63,671 nucleotides of DNA from Parcubacteria group bacterium. GTDB taxonomy: Bacteria > Patescibacteriota > Minisyncoccia > Phycocordibacterales > WO2-35-19. Where the stretch lies: the NCBI GenBank assembly GCA_012514175.1, contig JAAZAU010000011.1, positions 1-63,671 on the forward strand, written 5' to 3'. A program made the position numbers and the translations under genes. Position 1 is the stretch's first letter. Each line of letters begins with the position of its first letter. The notes under the pieces were generated by a model. The model saw only the letters and a program-made list of their open reading frames with translations. It made no database searches and had not been told where the DNA came from. This document shows, piece after piece, positions 1 to 9,395 of the stretch.

Positions 1-264
1 AAGTCCCTTTCGTCCACCTATTGCCTGTTCGCTAAGCTCACAACGGCAATTCTGCTCACATTCGTTCGCAGACCGGATGAAAAGCAAAGCAGTTTGCTTT
101 TCATCCACTCAGCCAACTCTCCGTTTGTCGCTCGCTTTGTTGTTTCTATTCTTACACGAAATGAAGACTTTTTCAAAGATTAAAATAAAGAAAAAATAAT
201 CTAAATAAATTAAAGGGGCAGGTGAGACCAAAAAGATTTTAATTAATTTCGCGATAATCAATTA

Positions 265-1053
265 TCAGCTGACAATAAAGAACCAAAAAACAATAGCGAT
301 AATAATTCTATAAACACCAAAAGGGATAAAATTACGCTTTCTGATAAAAGAAAGCAAAAATTTAATACTAAATAAGGCGACTATAAAAGAAACAATAAAA
401 CCAATGCTCAAAATTCCAAATTGATCTTTGGAAAATGTGTCAGCGCTTTTGATAAGATCTAAACCACTCGCTGCCACCATAGTCGGCACCGCAAGAAGAA
501 AAGAAAATTCTACGATAACTTTTCTCTTAATACCTAAAGCTAGTCCGCCAACTATGGTAGAAGCCGAACGTGAGAGGCCGGGGATGATTGATAACGATTG
601 ACAGACTCCTATCCAAAAAGATTTTTTATAAGAAATTTCCGAAAGATTGCCTGTTTCTCCACTTGTTTCTGGGGTTTGGGTTGGTTCTTTGTAAAACCAT
701 TCAAAAAGAATCAGAGCAATTCCACCTAAAAATAAAGCTATCAAAACCACTTGCTGGTTACCGAGCAGGTAAGTTTTTACGACTTTGTAAAAAGTGAGTC
801 CGATAATTCCTGTTGGCAAAAAAGCGACAAACAATTTTTTAATATTTTCAATCTTAAATAAAGCTTTCCAATATAAAAACACTACCGAAAGAATGGCTCC
901 AAGTTGAATAATAATTTCAAAACTTTTAAGAAAATCTGATTTAGAGATTTTTAAAATTTCGCTAGCTAAAATGAGATGACCTGTGGAGGAAATAGGCAAG
1001 AATTCTGTGACACCTTCTATGATTCCTAAAATAAAGCTTTGAAAAATTGCCAT
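265..1053 (-). CDS. uppP: undecaprenyl-diphosphate phosphatase (UppP/BacA)
   Basis: ORF 265..1188 trimmed to the internal ATG at 1053. MAIFQSFILGIIEGVTEFLPISSTGHL is the UppP N-terminal signature. The protein is multi-TM throughout. Confidence 0.85.
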   Translation of the reverse strand: MAIFQSFILGIIEGVTEFLPISSTGHLILASEILKISKSDFLKSFEIIIQLGAILSVVFLYWKALFKIENIKKLFVAFLPTGIIGLTFYKVVKTYLLGNQQVVLIALFLGGIALILFEWFYKEPTQTPETSGETGNLSEISYKKSFWIGVCQSLSIIPGLSRSASTIVGGLALGIKRKVIVEFSFLLAVPTMVAASGLDLIKSADTFSKDQFGILSIGFIVSFIVALFSIKFLLSFIRKRNFIPFGVYRIIIAIVFWFFIVS

Positions 1054-1347
1054 AACGTTTATTGTAACACAAATTAATGATAGATTGACTTTTTTTATCC
1101 AATTTGCTATAATTAGGGGTAGGCTATTCGAGAAAGCTGAGGGGGCGTCTCTGGTTATCAAATCATCGGTAATCGGGGGCGTCCCCATTTTTATTTATAT
1201 TTTTTAATGCAGAATTAACACAGAAAAAGTGGAATAAAAAATCAAGCGGTTTTTGGGTGTAATGGGTTAATTTTGATTTGACACTTTTCTTCTTATTTGT
1301 TAGCTTAAAAGGAGCCCGTTTAAGGGCTTTTTAATGGGTATTTATAT

Positions 1348-1533
1348 ATGGCAAAAACTTCAGTAAAAGCAAGAGCTTTAAAAAAACCGAAATTTAAAAC
1401 TCGGGCAGTTAACCGCTGTTTCAAATGTGGTAGAAGTAGAGGTTATATGGGTGATTTCGGACTTTGCAGAATATGTTTTCGTGAGCTTGCTAATGAAGGT
1501 AGAATACCGGGAGTAAAAAAATCATCATGGTAA
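1348..1533 (+). CDS. rpsZ: 30S ribosomal protein S14, type Z (zinc-binding)
   Basis: 61 aa with two CxxC pairs (CFKCG, CRIC) and a ...KKSSW end. It lies directly upstream of S8 and overlaps it. Confidence 0.95.
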   Translation: MAKTSVKARALKKPKFKTRAVNRCFKCGRSRGYMGDFGLCRICFRELANEGRIPGVKKSSW

Positions 1534-1922
1534 CCGATCCGATAGGAGATTTTATAGTTAGAATAAAGAATGCCGGAGTTGCAAAAAAGAAGACTGTTTC
1601 GGCGCCTTTTTCAAAAATTAAACTTGCTATAGCCGAGTTACTTTTGGCTAAAGGATATATTGCTGGAGTAACCCAAAAAACCAAAAATAACCTAAAATAT
1701 CTTGAAATAACTTTGCTTTATTCAACTGACGGCAAATCAGCGGTTTCAGGGGTTGAAAGGGTTTCTAAACCATCTAGACGTTTGTATGAAAGCGCTAAGA
1801 ATATAAAGAGATTTCGCAGAGGTTTTGGTTTGTCGGTATTTTCCACTCCAAAAGGCATTATGGCAGATGTGGACGCTAAGAAAAATAATTTAGGTGGAGA
1901 ATTTTTGTTTAATATTTGGTAA
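1527..1922 (+). CDS. rpsH: 30S ribosomal protein S8
   Basis: [16 protein letters not shown]... is the typical S8 N-terminus. 131 aa, positioned S14-S8-L6. Confidence 0.95.
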   Translation: MVTDPIGDFIVRIKNAGVAKKKTVSAPFSKIKLAIAELLLAKGYIAGVTQKTKNNLKYLEITLLYSTDGKSAVSGVERVSKPSRRLYESAKNIKRFRRGFGLSVFSTPKGIMADVDAKKNNLGGEFLFNIW

Positions 1923-1937
1923 AACGAATAAATAAAA

Positions 1938-2471
1938 ATGTCACGAATTGGGAAAAAAGGAATAAAGATACCAGAAAAAACAGAAGTTGTTATGAATAAC
2001 GGCTTGGTTTCTGTTAAAGGTCCCAAAGGTTCTCTTGAAAGAAATTTTAGATCTGATGTTACTATCTCTATAAATGATGGTCATATTTCTTTTTCTATCG
2101 CCAAAGAGAACAAACAAACTAGAAGTTTGTGGGGCACCTACGCTTCTCATTTAAAAAATATGATAAAGGGTGTCAACGAAGGTTTTGAGAAAAAGCTTAT
2201 TTTGGAAGGGGTTGGATATAAATCTCAAGTTAACGGTAACAAATTGGTTTTGGCTTTAGGTTTTTCTCATCCAGTAGAAGTAGAAATCCCTTCTGAATTA
2301 ACAGTTAAAGCTGAGAAAAATATAATTTCAGTTTCTGGTATGGATAAAGAATCTGTAGGAGCTTTTACCGCTAAGGTTAGAGCTTTGAAGAAACCGGAGC
2401 CATACAAAGGTAAGGGTTTCAGATATGACAATGAGGTTATCAGAAGAAAACAAGGTAAGAAATCTGTATAA
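1938..2471 (+). CDS. rplF: 50S ribosomal protein L6
   Basis: MSRIGKKGIKIPEKTEV... and ...PEPYKGKGFRY motifs. 177 aa, canonical position. Confidence 0.95.
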   Translation: MSRIGKKGIKIPEKTEVVMNNGLVSVKGPKGSLERNFRSDVTISINDGHISFSIAKENKQTRSLWGTYASHLKNMIKGVNEGFEKKLILEGVGYKSQVNGNKLVLALGFSHPVEVEIPSELTVKAEKNIISVSGMDKESVGAFTAKVRALKKPEPYKGKGFRYDNEVIRRKQGKKSV

Positions 2472-2476
2472 TTACA

Positions 2477-2824
2477 ATGAACACAAAGGTAAAAAAAATT
2501 CAGAGAGCAAGAAGAAGAAAGCGTATCAGAGCTAAGGTTTTTGGTACCAGCGAAAAACCAAGACTTTCTATATTTAAATCCAACAGATACATTTCCGCTC
2601 AGTTGATAGACGATAGCAAAGGGGTGACTTTAGTAGCAGGCACCAGCAAAGGCTTAAAAGAAAAAAGCGCTTTGGAAAGAGCTAAAGCTGTCGGGGTTAT
2701 GATTGCCACCCAAGCTAAGGCTAAAAAAATAACCAAAGTTGTTTTTGACAGAGGAGGTTATCTTTATACCGGTTCTGTTTCAGCATTGGCTCTTGGGGCT
2801 AGAGAAGGTGGTTTGGAGTTTTAA
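2477..2824 (+). CDS. rplR: 50S ribosomal protein L18
   Basis: RRKRIRAKV...PRLSIFKSNRYISAQLIDD...FDRGGYLYTG pattern. 115 aa. Confidence 0.95.
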   Translation: MNTKVKKIQRARRRKRIRAKVFGTSEKPRLSIFKSNRYISAQLIDDSKGVTLVAGTSKGLKEKSALERAKAVGVMIATQAKAKKITKVVFDRGGYLYTGSVSALALGAREGGLEF

Positions 2825-2838
2825 TAATAAAATTAATT

Positions 2839-3465
2839 ATGATAGATACAGAAGAAAAAATAATAGAAGAGGAAATAGCAGAAACTGACGAAGAGGTTGC
2901 TGTTCAAGATCAAGACAGCGCAGACGATGTTGCGTCCGAGCCAGTTGAGTCGGCTGTGTCGCCAGTCAAAAACAACAGACGAAAAAATGAACGCCGACCT
3001 TCTAGAAGATCTGAAAGAGCCAGACAAGAATTTGAAAACAAAATTATAAGTGTCAGGAGGGTCACTAGAGTGGTTTCTGGTGGTCGCAGATTTAGTTTTA
3101 GTATTGCTGTTGTTATTGGTGATAAGAAAGGCAAAGTTGGGGTTGGGGTTGGTAAGGCGTCTGATACTCCGATTGCAATAGAAAAAGCTATCAGAAACGC
3201 TAAAAAGAATATGATTAAAGTCGCGCTTACTCCTAGAGGTTCTATTTCTCATCCAACGGAGACCAAATATGCAAGCGCCAGAGTGTTTTTAACTCCGGCT
3301 CCAGGTAAAGGTGTTATTGCTGGTAGCGCTGTCCGAGTAGTTTTGGAGTTAGCGGGGGTTAAAGAAGTTTCTTCTAAAATTTTATCTAGATCAAAAAATA
3401 AACTCAATATAGCCAGAGCTACTGTTAAAGCTTTGAAACAATTGAAAACCAAAAAAGTTAAATAA
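2839..3465 (+). CDS. rpsE: 30S ribosomal protein S5 with acidic N-terminal extension
   Basis: S5 core VRRVTRVVSGGRRFSFSIAVVIGDKKGKVGVGVGKA, preceded by about 60 acidic residues. Confidence 0.93.
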   Translation: MIDTEEKIIEEEIAETDEEVAVQDQDSADDVASEPVESAVSPVKNNRRKNERRPSRRSERARQEFENKIISVRRVTRVVSGGRRFSFSIAVVIGDKKGKVGVGVGKASDTPIAIEKAIRNAKKNMIKVALTPRGSISHPTETKYASARVFLTPAPGKGVIAGSAVRVVLELAGVKEVSSKILSRSKNKLNIARATVKALKQLKTKKVK

Positions 3466-3471
3466 AAGAAA

Positions 3472-3894
3472 ATGCAATTTCATAATCTAAAAAAGAATAA
3501 ATCAAACAGGAAAGCCAGACAGATTGGTCGCGGTGGTATTCGTGGTAAGACCTCAGGCAGAGGCACCAAGGGTCAAAATGCCAGAAGTGGTAGAAAAAAG
3601 AGACCAGAAATGCGAGATATCATAAAAAGATTACCAAAACTTCGCGGACGTGGGAAAAATTCTTTGAAATCTAGATTAGAAAAAGCTTTTCCAGTAAAAC
3701 TTTCTGTGTTGGACGAAAAATTCGCTACTGGCGCAGTTATAAATCGCAAAGTTCTTTTAGAAAATGGTATTATTGTTAAAAAAGCAGGGAAATTACCAAG
3801 GGTGAAAATTTTATCTGATAAAAAAGATATTAAAAAGAACTTCCAGTTTGAAGACGTGGAAGTGTCGGAAGCGGTTAAAAAAGTGTCAGCTTAA
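3472..3894 (+). CDS. rplO: 50S ribosomal protein L15
   Basis: GRGGIRGKTSGRGTKGQNARSG motif. It follows S5 directly, with no L30 ORF in the 6-nt gap. Confidence 0.93.
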   Translation: MQFHNLKKNKSNRKARQIGRGGIRGKTSGRGTKGQNARSGRKKRPEMRDIIKRLPKLRGRGKNSLKSRLEKAFPVKLSVLDEKFATGAVINRKVLLENGIIVKKAGKLPRVKILSDKKDIKKNFQFEDVEVSEAVKKVSA

Positions 3895-3908
3895 TTTGTT
3901 AATTAAAG

Positions 3909-5180
3909 ATGAATAGTTTCATTTACAAAACAAAATTAGTTTTAGGGGACAAGATTTTAAGAAGCAGAATTATATTCACTCTTTTTGTTTTAGTGCTTTT
4001 CCGTTTTATGGCAACTATTCCTATTCCTGGTATTGACGCTCTTAAACTTCAACAATTTCTTTCTGGTAATGACTTCTTTGGACTTTTGAACATCTTCTCT
4101 GGAGGCGGTCTTTCAAATCTTTCTATAATAATGCTTGGTGTTTCTCCTTACATTACTTCTTCTATTATTATGCAACTTATGACAGTAATGTTTCCGAAAC
4201 TCAAGGCGATGTATCAAGAGGAAGGGGACGCTGGTAGAAAAAAGTTCACTCAATATTCAAGGTTGCTGACCGTGCCTTTGGCATTAATGCAAGGTTACGC
4301 TTTTATTGTTTTGTTGCAAAATCAAGGCATTTTAGCTAATTTGGGCACTTTTTCTCTGATCACTAATCTTGTTGTTATTGCGACTGGGTCAATTTTGTTA
4401 ATGTGGCTCGGTGAGCTTATAAGTGAATTTGGGGTTGGTAATGGTGTATCCATCATTATCTTTGCTGGTATCGTATCGGTTTTGCCAAGCTCAGTAGGTC
4501 AACTTATATTTACTTTTGAACCATCACAGTTGCCGTCTTATATCGGGTTGGCAGCTGCCTCAGCTTTAATTATCTGGGGTGTGGTTATTATCACTGAAGC
4601 TGAGAGACCAATACCGGTTACTTACGCTAAACAAGTGAGGGGTAATAAAATGTACGGTGGGGTTTCTACTTATCTTCCACTCAGAGTCAACCAAGCTGGA
4701 GTTATTCCTATCATTTTCGCTTTGTCTATTTTGCTTTTTCCTCAAATGATAGTGAGATTCCTTTCTAATTCAGCCAACGCTGTCGTTCAGAAGGTTTCTG
4801 AAGTCATACTTTCTCTTTTGTCTAACCAGATTTTTTACGGTGTAGTTTACTTTTTGTTAGTTTTTGCTTTCACTTACTTTTATACTGCGATTACTTTTGA
4901 CCCAGATACCATATCTAAGAATTTACAAAGAGGTGGCGCTTTCATACCGGGAGTTCGCCCTGGAGTTTCTACTTCTCAATACATAGCAAAAGTGCTTTTT
5001 CGTTTGACTATGATAGGCGCTCTGTTTCTTGGTATTATTGCTGTTTTACCTCTTATTGTTAAAGGTATAACTGGTATTAATGCTATAGCTGTCGGCGGTA
5101 CTTCTCTTCTCATCGTTGTTTCTGTTGTTATTGATCTTGTTAAAAAAATTGACGCTCAAATTTCTGCCAGAGAGTATTAA
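3909..5180 (+). CDS. secY: preprotein translocase subunit SecY
   Basis: 423 aa polytopic protein with IPIPGID, GGGLSNLSIIMLGVSPYITSSIIMQL and RPGVSTSQYI motifs. Confidence 0.96.
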   Translation: MNSFIYKTKLVLGDKILRSRIIFTLFVLVLFRFMATIPIPGIDALKLQQFLSGNDFFGLLNIFSGGGLSNLSIIMLGVSPYITSSIIMQLMTVMFPKLKAMYQEEGDAGRKKFTQYSRLLTVPLALMQGYAFIVLLQNQGILANLGTFSLITNLVVIATGSILLMWLGELISEFGVGNGVSIIIFAGIVSVLPSSVGQLIFTFEPSQLPSYIGLAAASALIIWGVVIITEAERPIPVTYAKQVRGNKMYGGVSTYLPLRVNQAGVIPIIFALSILLFPQMIVRFLSNSANAVVQKVSEVILSLLSNQIFYGVVYFLLVFAFTYFYTAITFDPDTISKNLQRGGAFIPGVRPGVSTSQYIAKVLFRLTMIGALFLGIIAVLPLIVKGITGINAIAVGGTSLLIVVSVVIDLVKKIDAQISAREY

Positions 5181-5277
5181 AAACAAATCAAGAAATGCAA
5201 GTTTTAAATTAGGCAAAAACTTGCCAATAAGTTTTTTTATTATTATGCTTAATTTATAATTCTTAATTTATATTTTT

Positions 5278-5868
5278 ATGCAACCACACACATTTATATT
5301 TTTTGGTCCGTCAGGTTGTGGCAAGGGGACACAAGCTAAACTTTTACAAAAAGAACTTGAGAAAAGAGATCCAGGTAGAAATATTCTCTATATAGAAACA
5401 GGAGAAGAGTTAAGAAAATTTGTTACTCAAGATAATTTAACCGCTCAAGAAACCAAAAAAGTAATAGAAGGCGGAGGGTTGTTGCCAGAATTTATTCCGA
5501 TTTATATTTGGACAGGAATAATGATAAACAAAATTAAAGGTGATGAGCACATTTTTATGGATGGAATTTCCAGAAGATTGGTTGAAGCTTCTGTTTTGGA
5601 TTCAGCTATACAATTTTATAAAAGAGAAAAACCTTTTGTGATTTTAATGGAAGTTTCTGATGAGTGGGCTAGTAAGCTTATGAAAAGTCGGGGTAGAGTT
5701 GATGATACAGACGAAAAAATAAAAACAAGATTAGATTGGTATAAAAAGAATGTTGTGCCCGCTGTTGAATATTTTAAAAACAACCCTTATTACAATTTTA
5801 TCTCTATAAATGGCGAGGGTAGTATTGAAGAGGTGCATCAGGAATTGATGTCAAAGATATTTGGCTAG
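5278..5868 (+). CDS. adk: adenylate kinase
   Basis: P-loop FFGPSGCGKGTQAKLL. 196 aa, canonical position after secY. Confidence 0.85.
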   Translation: MQPHTFIFFGPSGCGKGTQAKLLQKELEKRDPGRNILYIETGEELRKFVTQDNLTAQETKKVIEGGGLLPEFIPIYIWTGIMINKIKGDEHIFMDGISRRLVEASVLDSAIQFYKREKPFVILMEVSDEWASKLMKSRGRVDDTDEKIKTRLDWYKKNVVPAVEYFKNNPYYNFISINGEGSIEEVHQELMSKIFG

Positions 5869-5880
5869 TTTGCTAAAAAT

Positions 5881-6657
5881 ATGATCAGATACAAAACAGA
5901 AGATGAAATAGCGATAATGCGTGAAGGTGGCAAGATTCACGCACAAATTTTGAAAGAATTAGGTAAAAAAATTAAGCCAGGAATTAGAACTGGTGAGCTA
6001 AATGATTATGCCGAAAGACTTATAGATGAAGCTGGATGCACGGCTTCATTTTTAGGTTATGCGCCTAAAGGTGTGCGTCAACCTTTTCCAGCTGCTCTTT
6101 GTGTTTCTATTAATGAAGAAATTGTTCACGGCATACCAAATGGCGATGATGATAGATTGCTTTTGGAGGGCGATATTGTTTCGTTGGACTTGGGTGTCAC
6201 GTATCAAGGTTTTGTTACTGATGCGGCGATTACTGCACCTGTTGGCAAAATCAGTGAAGAAGCAGAAACCCTTATAAGAGCTACAAAAGAAGCTTTAGAT
6301 AGAGGAATAAGCTCAATGAGACTAAGGGGTCACATTGGTGATATAGGCGCTTCTGTGATGGAAGTGGCTATGAAGTATGGTTTTGGTGTGATTGAAGGCC
6401 TCTCAGGTCATGGGGTGGGTTATGGTGTGCATGAAGAGCCGTTTGTGCCCAATAGAGCTATGAGAGGAGAAGGTCCAGAAATAAAACCAGGTCTGGTGAT
6501 AGCAATTGAGCCGATGCTTTCAACTGGCAGTCGTGATATCAAACTTTTGAGCAATGATTGGACTTTTATTACTCGTGACAGATCGCTTTCAGCTCATTTT
6601 GAACACACAGTGGCGGTGGGGTACGATGGTAAAATTGAAGTATTAACAAAATTATAA
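5881..6657 (+). CDS. map: type I methionine aminopeptidase
   Basis: IVHGIP, DIVSLDLG, GHGVG, IAIEPM and EHTV metal-ligand blocks. 258 aa. Confidence 0.95.
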   Translation: MIRYKTEDEIAIMREGGKIHAQILKELGKKIKPGIRTGELNDYAERLIDEAGCTASFLGYAPKGVRQPFPAALCVSINEEIVHGIPNGDDDRLLLEGDIVSLDLGVTYQGFVTDAAITAPVGKISEEAETLIRATKEALDRGISSMRLRGHIGDIGASVMEVAMKYGFGVIEGLSGHGVGYGVHEEPFVPNRAMRGEGPEIKPGLVIAIEPMLSTGSRDIKLLSNDWTFITRDRSLSAHFEHTVAVGYDGKIEVLTKL

Positions 6658-6717
6658 AAAGCAAAAAATATTTATTAGATTAACAATAGGGGTATTAATT
6701 TTAATTAAGTAATTTTT

Positions 6718-7329
6718 ATGAATTATTCAAAAAGACAACAAGAAAGAACTTTAGTAGTGATAAAACCAGATGGTGTGCAAAGATCATTGATTGGTGAAAT
6801 TATTGGTAGATTTGAAAAACTTGGACTTAAACTCACCGCTATGAAAATGTGTTTGTTAACGGAAGAATTTGTTGAAAAACATTACACCCTTGATCCGGAA
6901 TGGAGAAGAATTACTGGTGAAAAAAGAATTAAAGCTGCAAAAGAAAAAGGGGAAAAATTGGAAACTGAAGATCCATTAGAAATCACTGCGGTTATTTTAG
7001 AAAAACTTAAAAAATATATGACTTCTGGTCCCGTTATAGCTATGGTTTGGCAAGGAGTTCACGCTACTGAATTGGTGCGCAAAATGGTAGGTGGAACGGA
7101 GCCTCGTTCTTCTGATGTTGGAACCATAAGAGGTGATTATGTTTTAGATTCTTATATTTTAGCTGATAGTGATGGGAGAGCGGTAAGAAATCTTATTCAT
7201 GCATCAGGCACTGCTGAGGAATCAGAAGCAGAAATAAAGCATTGGTTTAAGCCAGAAGAGATTGTTAATTACAGACTAATTGCTGAACAAATTTTGTATG
7301 ATGTAAATCTGGATGGTTTACTTGAATAG
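6718..7329 (+). CDS. ndk: nucleoside-diphosphate kinase (with insertions)
   Basis: ERTLVVIKPDGVQRSLIGEIIGRFEKLGLKL, YMTSGPVIAMVWQG, GTIRGDY and NLIHASG (catalytic His). 203 aa versus the usual ~140-150. Confidence 0.85.
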   Translation: MNYSKRQQERTLVVIKPDGVQRSLIGEIIGRFEKLGLKLTAMKMCLLTEEFVEKHYTLDPEWRRITGEKRIKAAKEKGEKLETEDPLEITAVILEKLKKYMTSGPVIAMVWQGVHATELVRKMVGGTEPRSSDVGTIRGDYVLDSYILADSDGRAVRNLIHASGTAEESEAEIKHWFKPEEIVNYRLIAEQILYDVNLDGLLE

Positions 7330-7537
7330 AGGTATAATTATTACAGAGTCGCTCAAATATTTTCTTCTTTGTTCTTTTTTAGGGAGGCTAACTTTCTATA
7401 ATATGTGAACGCAAATGTGTTCTAATTGTTATAGTCGAGGCCACCCACCTAATTTTTTTCAATTAGGAAATTATTGAGCGACTCCACACAAAACCCGTTC
7501 CGCTTATGCAGGACGGGTTTTGTGCTAAAATAACTTA

Positions 7538-7996
7538 ATGAAAATGCCTCAAATAAAAATAAATTTTAAACCACTTTTTTGGGAGGCTTTATCTTTGTTT
7601 ATTGTTGTAATTATTCTGCATTGCATGGCAAGCGCGTATCATCTTTACTGGAAAATTTATGAATTTGATAGTATTTTGCATTTTTTGGGTGGCGCAACTC
7701 TTTCCTTATTCTTTTTGTGGCTTTATTTTTATTCTGGCTTGTTTAAGCCTCGGAACAGAAAACTTAAAGATTTTATTGTTATAGCTCTTTTAGGTTCGGT
7801 TTCCATTGCTTTATTTTGGGAAATTTATGAACTTATTTTTAAACGATATATGGTGCAGATTTCTGATTATCCTTATGATCTCACTATGGATTTGATAATG
7901 GATGTTTTGGGCGCCTCCGTTGGGTTTTTGTATGGCTATATGAGAGAGTTGGAAATTTTAAAAGGTGAAAAAACAAAAAACAATGAGCAATCCTAA
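7538..7996 (+). CDS. hypothetical membrane protein
   Basis: 152 aa with about 4 hydrophobic helices and no recognisable motif. Confidence 0.5.
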   Translation: MKMPQIKINFKPLFWEALSLFIVVIILHCMASAYHLYWKIYEFDSILHFLGGATLSLFFLWLYFYSGLFKPRNRKLKDFIVIALLGSVSIALFWEIYELIFKRYMVQISDYPYDLTMDLIMDVLGASVGFLYGYMRELEILKGEKTKNNEQS

Positions 7997-9395
7997 ATTA
8001 ACATTTTATGGCGGTGTCGGATTTACTACCGGAGCAAATTTTTTGGTTGAATATAAAGATTTAAAACTTTTGGTGGATTGCGGACTTCTTCAAGGTACTA
8101 GAAATGCCGACGAAGTAAATTCTGCTCCGTTTAAATATAATCCATCTGAAATTCAGTTTCTTTTTGTTACTCACGCTCATATGGATCATATCGGTAAAAT
8201 ACCTAAATTAGTCAAAGATGGTTTTAAGGGTCAAATAATTTCAACTTTTGAAACTAAAGAATTGGCGAAACATTTGCTTGTTGATGCTTACAAAATAATG
8301 ATTTCTAGAGAAAGAGGTGGAGTCTCAAGAAATTTTTATGAAGAGAAAAATATAGGTGAATCTCTCAGTTTGTGGGAAAGTGTAGCTTATGGAGAAAAAC
8401 AGCAAATTAATTCTGAAGTTTCTTTTCGTTTTCTTGATGCTGGTCACATTTTGGGGTCAGCGATAATTGAATTAAATTTTAATGGCAAAAAAGTAGTTTT
8501 TACTGGTGATCTGGGTAATAGTCCTTCTCCGTTACTTAGAGATACTGAAATTCCTGAAGATGTTGACTATTTAATTATAGAAAGCGTTTATGGAGATAGA
8601 AACCATAAAGATAAAGAAGAGCGCCGAGAAATGTTTAAAAAAATAATTAAAGAAACTCTTGAGCGAAAAGGAGAAGTTATTATTCCAGCTTTTTCTGTTG
8701 ATAGGACGCAAATTATTCTTTACGAATTAAATAATATGGTAGAAGATGGCGAATTGCCGAGTGTGCCAGTATTTTTAGATTCACCGCTGGCTGAAAAAGT
8801 GACAGCAATCTATAGTAAATCCGATAGATTATTTAACCAAAATATTCAAAAAGAAATCGCTTCAGGTGATGATATTTTTAGTTTTCCAAAATTAGATATT
8901 GTGGGTTCCGCTAGAGAAAGCCAAGCTATTGAAAACATACCCAATCCCAAAATAATTATTGCAGGTAGCGGGATGTCAGAAGGGGGGCGTGTTTTAGAGC
9001 ACGAAGCCAGAGCTTTGCCTCATCCAGAGAACACAATTTTACTTATGGGCTATCAGCCTGTTGGGACTTTGGGTAGAGAGCTTCAAGATGGCGCAAAAAC
9101 CGTTACTCTTCCAGCTTCTTACGTAAAAGGAAAAGGGGGCAAACAAAAGGTTCCAGTCAGAGCAAGAATAGAAAGTGTTCATGGTTACAGCGCACACAAA
9201 GACAGTGAGCACTTATTGGAATTTGTAGAGAAATCTGCTGGCGTCAACGAAGAAAACCAAAAAACCAAACTTAAAAAAGTTTTCGTAGTAATGGGTGAGC
9301 CAAAATCATCGCTTTTTCTTGTGCAACGCATCAGAGACTATCTAGATATTCCTGCTATTTATCCAGAAGAAGGGAAGGAATACGAATTGATCTAA
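7965..9395 (+). CDS. MBL-fold / beta-CASP family (RNA) metallo-hydrolase
   Basis: HAHMDHIG (HxHxDH), DAGHILGSA and later ESVHGYSAHKD, typical of the beta-CASP RNase J/CPSF-like fold. The start may be the ATG at 7983. Confidence 0.8.
   Translation: MKKQKTMSNPKLTFYGGVGFTTGANFLVEYKDLKLLVDCGLLQGTRNADEVNSAPFKYNPSEIQFLFVTHAHMDHIGKIPKLVKDGFKGQIISTFETKELAKHLLVDAYKIMISRERGGVSRNFYEEKNIGESLSLWESVAYGEKQQINSEVSFRFLDAGHILGSAIIELNFNGKKVVFTGDLGNSPSPLLRDTEIPEDVDYLIIESVYGDRNHKDKEERREMFKKIIKETLERKGEVIIPAFSVDRTQIILYELNNMVEDGELPSVPVFLDSPLAEKVTAIYSKSDRLFNQNIQKEIASGDDIFSFPKLDIVGSARESQAIENIPNPKIIIAGSGMSEGGRVLEHEARALPHPENTILLMGYQPVGTLGRELQDGAKTVTLPASYVKGKGGKQKVPVRARIESVHGYSAHKDSEHLLEFVEKSAGVNEENQKTKLKKVFVVMGEPKSSLFLVQRIRDYLDIPAIYPEEGKEYELI

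Noticed and set aside
1-183. Open reading frame running in from the left window edge (frame 1, stop at 181..183)
   Set aside because: The translation (…LFAKLTTAILLTFVRRPDEKQSSLLFIHSANSPF…) has no recognisable family features. The region also contains a perfect 14-bp hairpin and a tRNA-like segment on the other strand. I left it unannotated as CDS.
588-797. 69-aa plus-strand ORF inside uppP (and similar 60-75 aa ORFs, e.g. 6059..6277, 50519..50728, 52127..52351)
   Set aside because: They are embedded in, or antisense to, confidently assigned genes, and are of chance length for AT-rich DNA.
265-1188. N-terminal extensions of track ORFs (uppP 1054..1188; rSAM 42526..42732; wHTH 30111..30308; thyA-like 53931..53987)
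   Set aside because: The extensions precede the conserved family N-termini, overlap neighbouring genes or promoters, and lack RBS support. Internal ATGs with GGAG-type RBS or ATGA coupling fit better.
2833-3252. Antisense ORFs over ribosomal protein genes (also 22521..22883, 22855..23157, 56980..57345, 58741..59142, 19064..19366)
   Set aside because: Each overlaps a confidently identified ribosomal or EF-Tu gene on the other strand and has a low-complexity translation.
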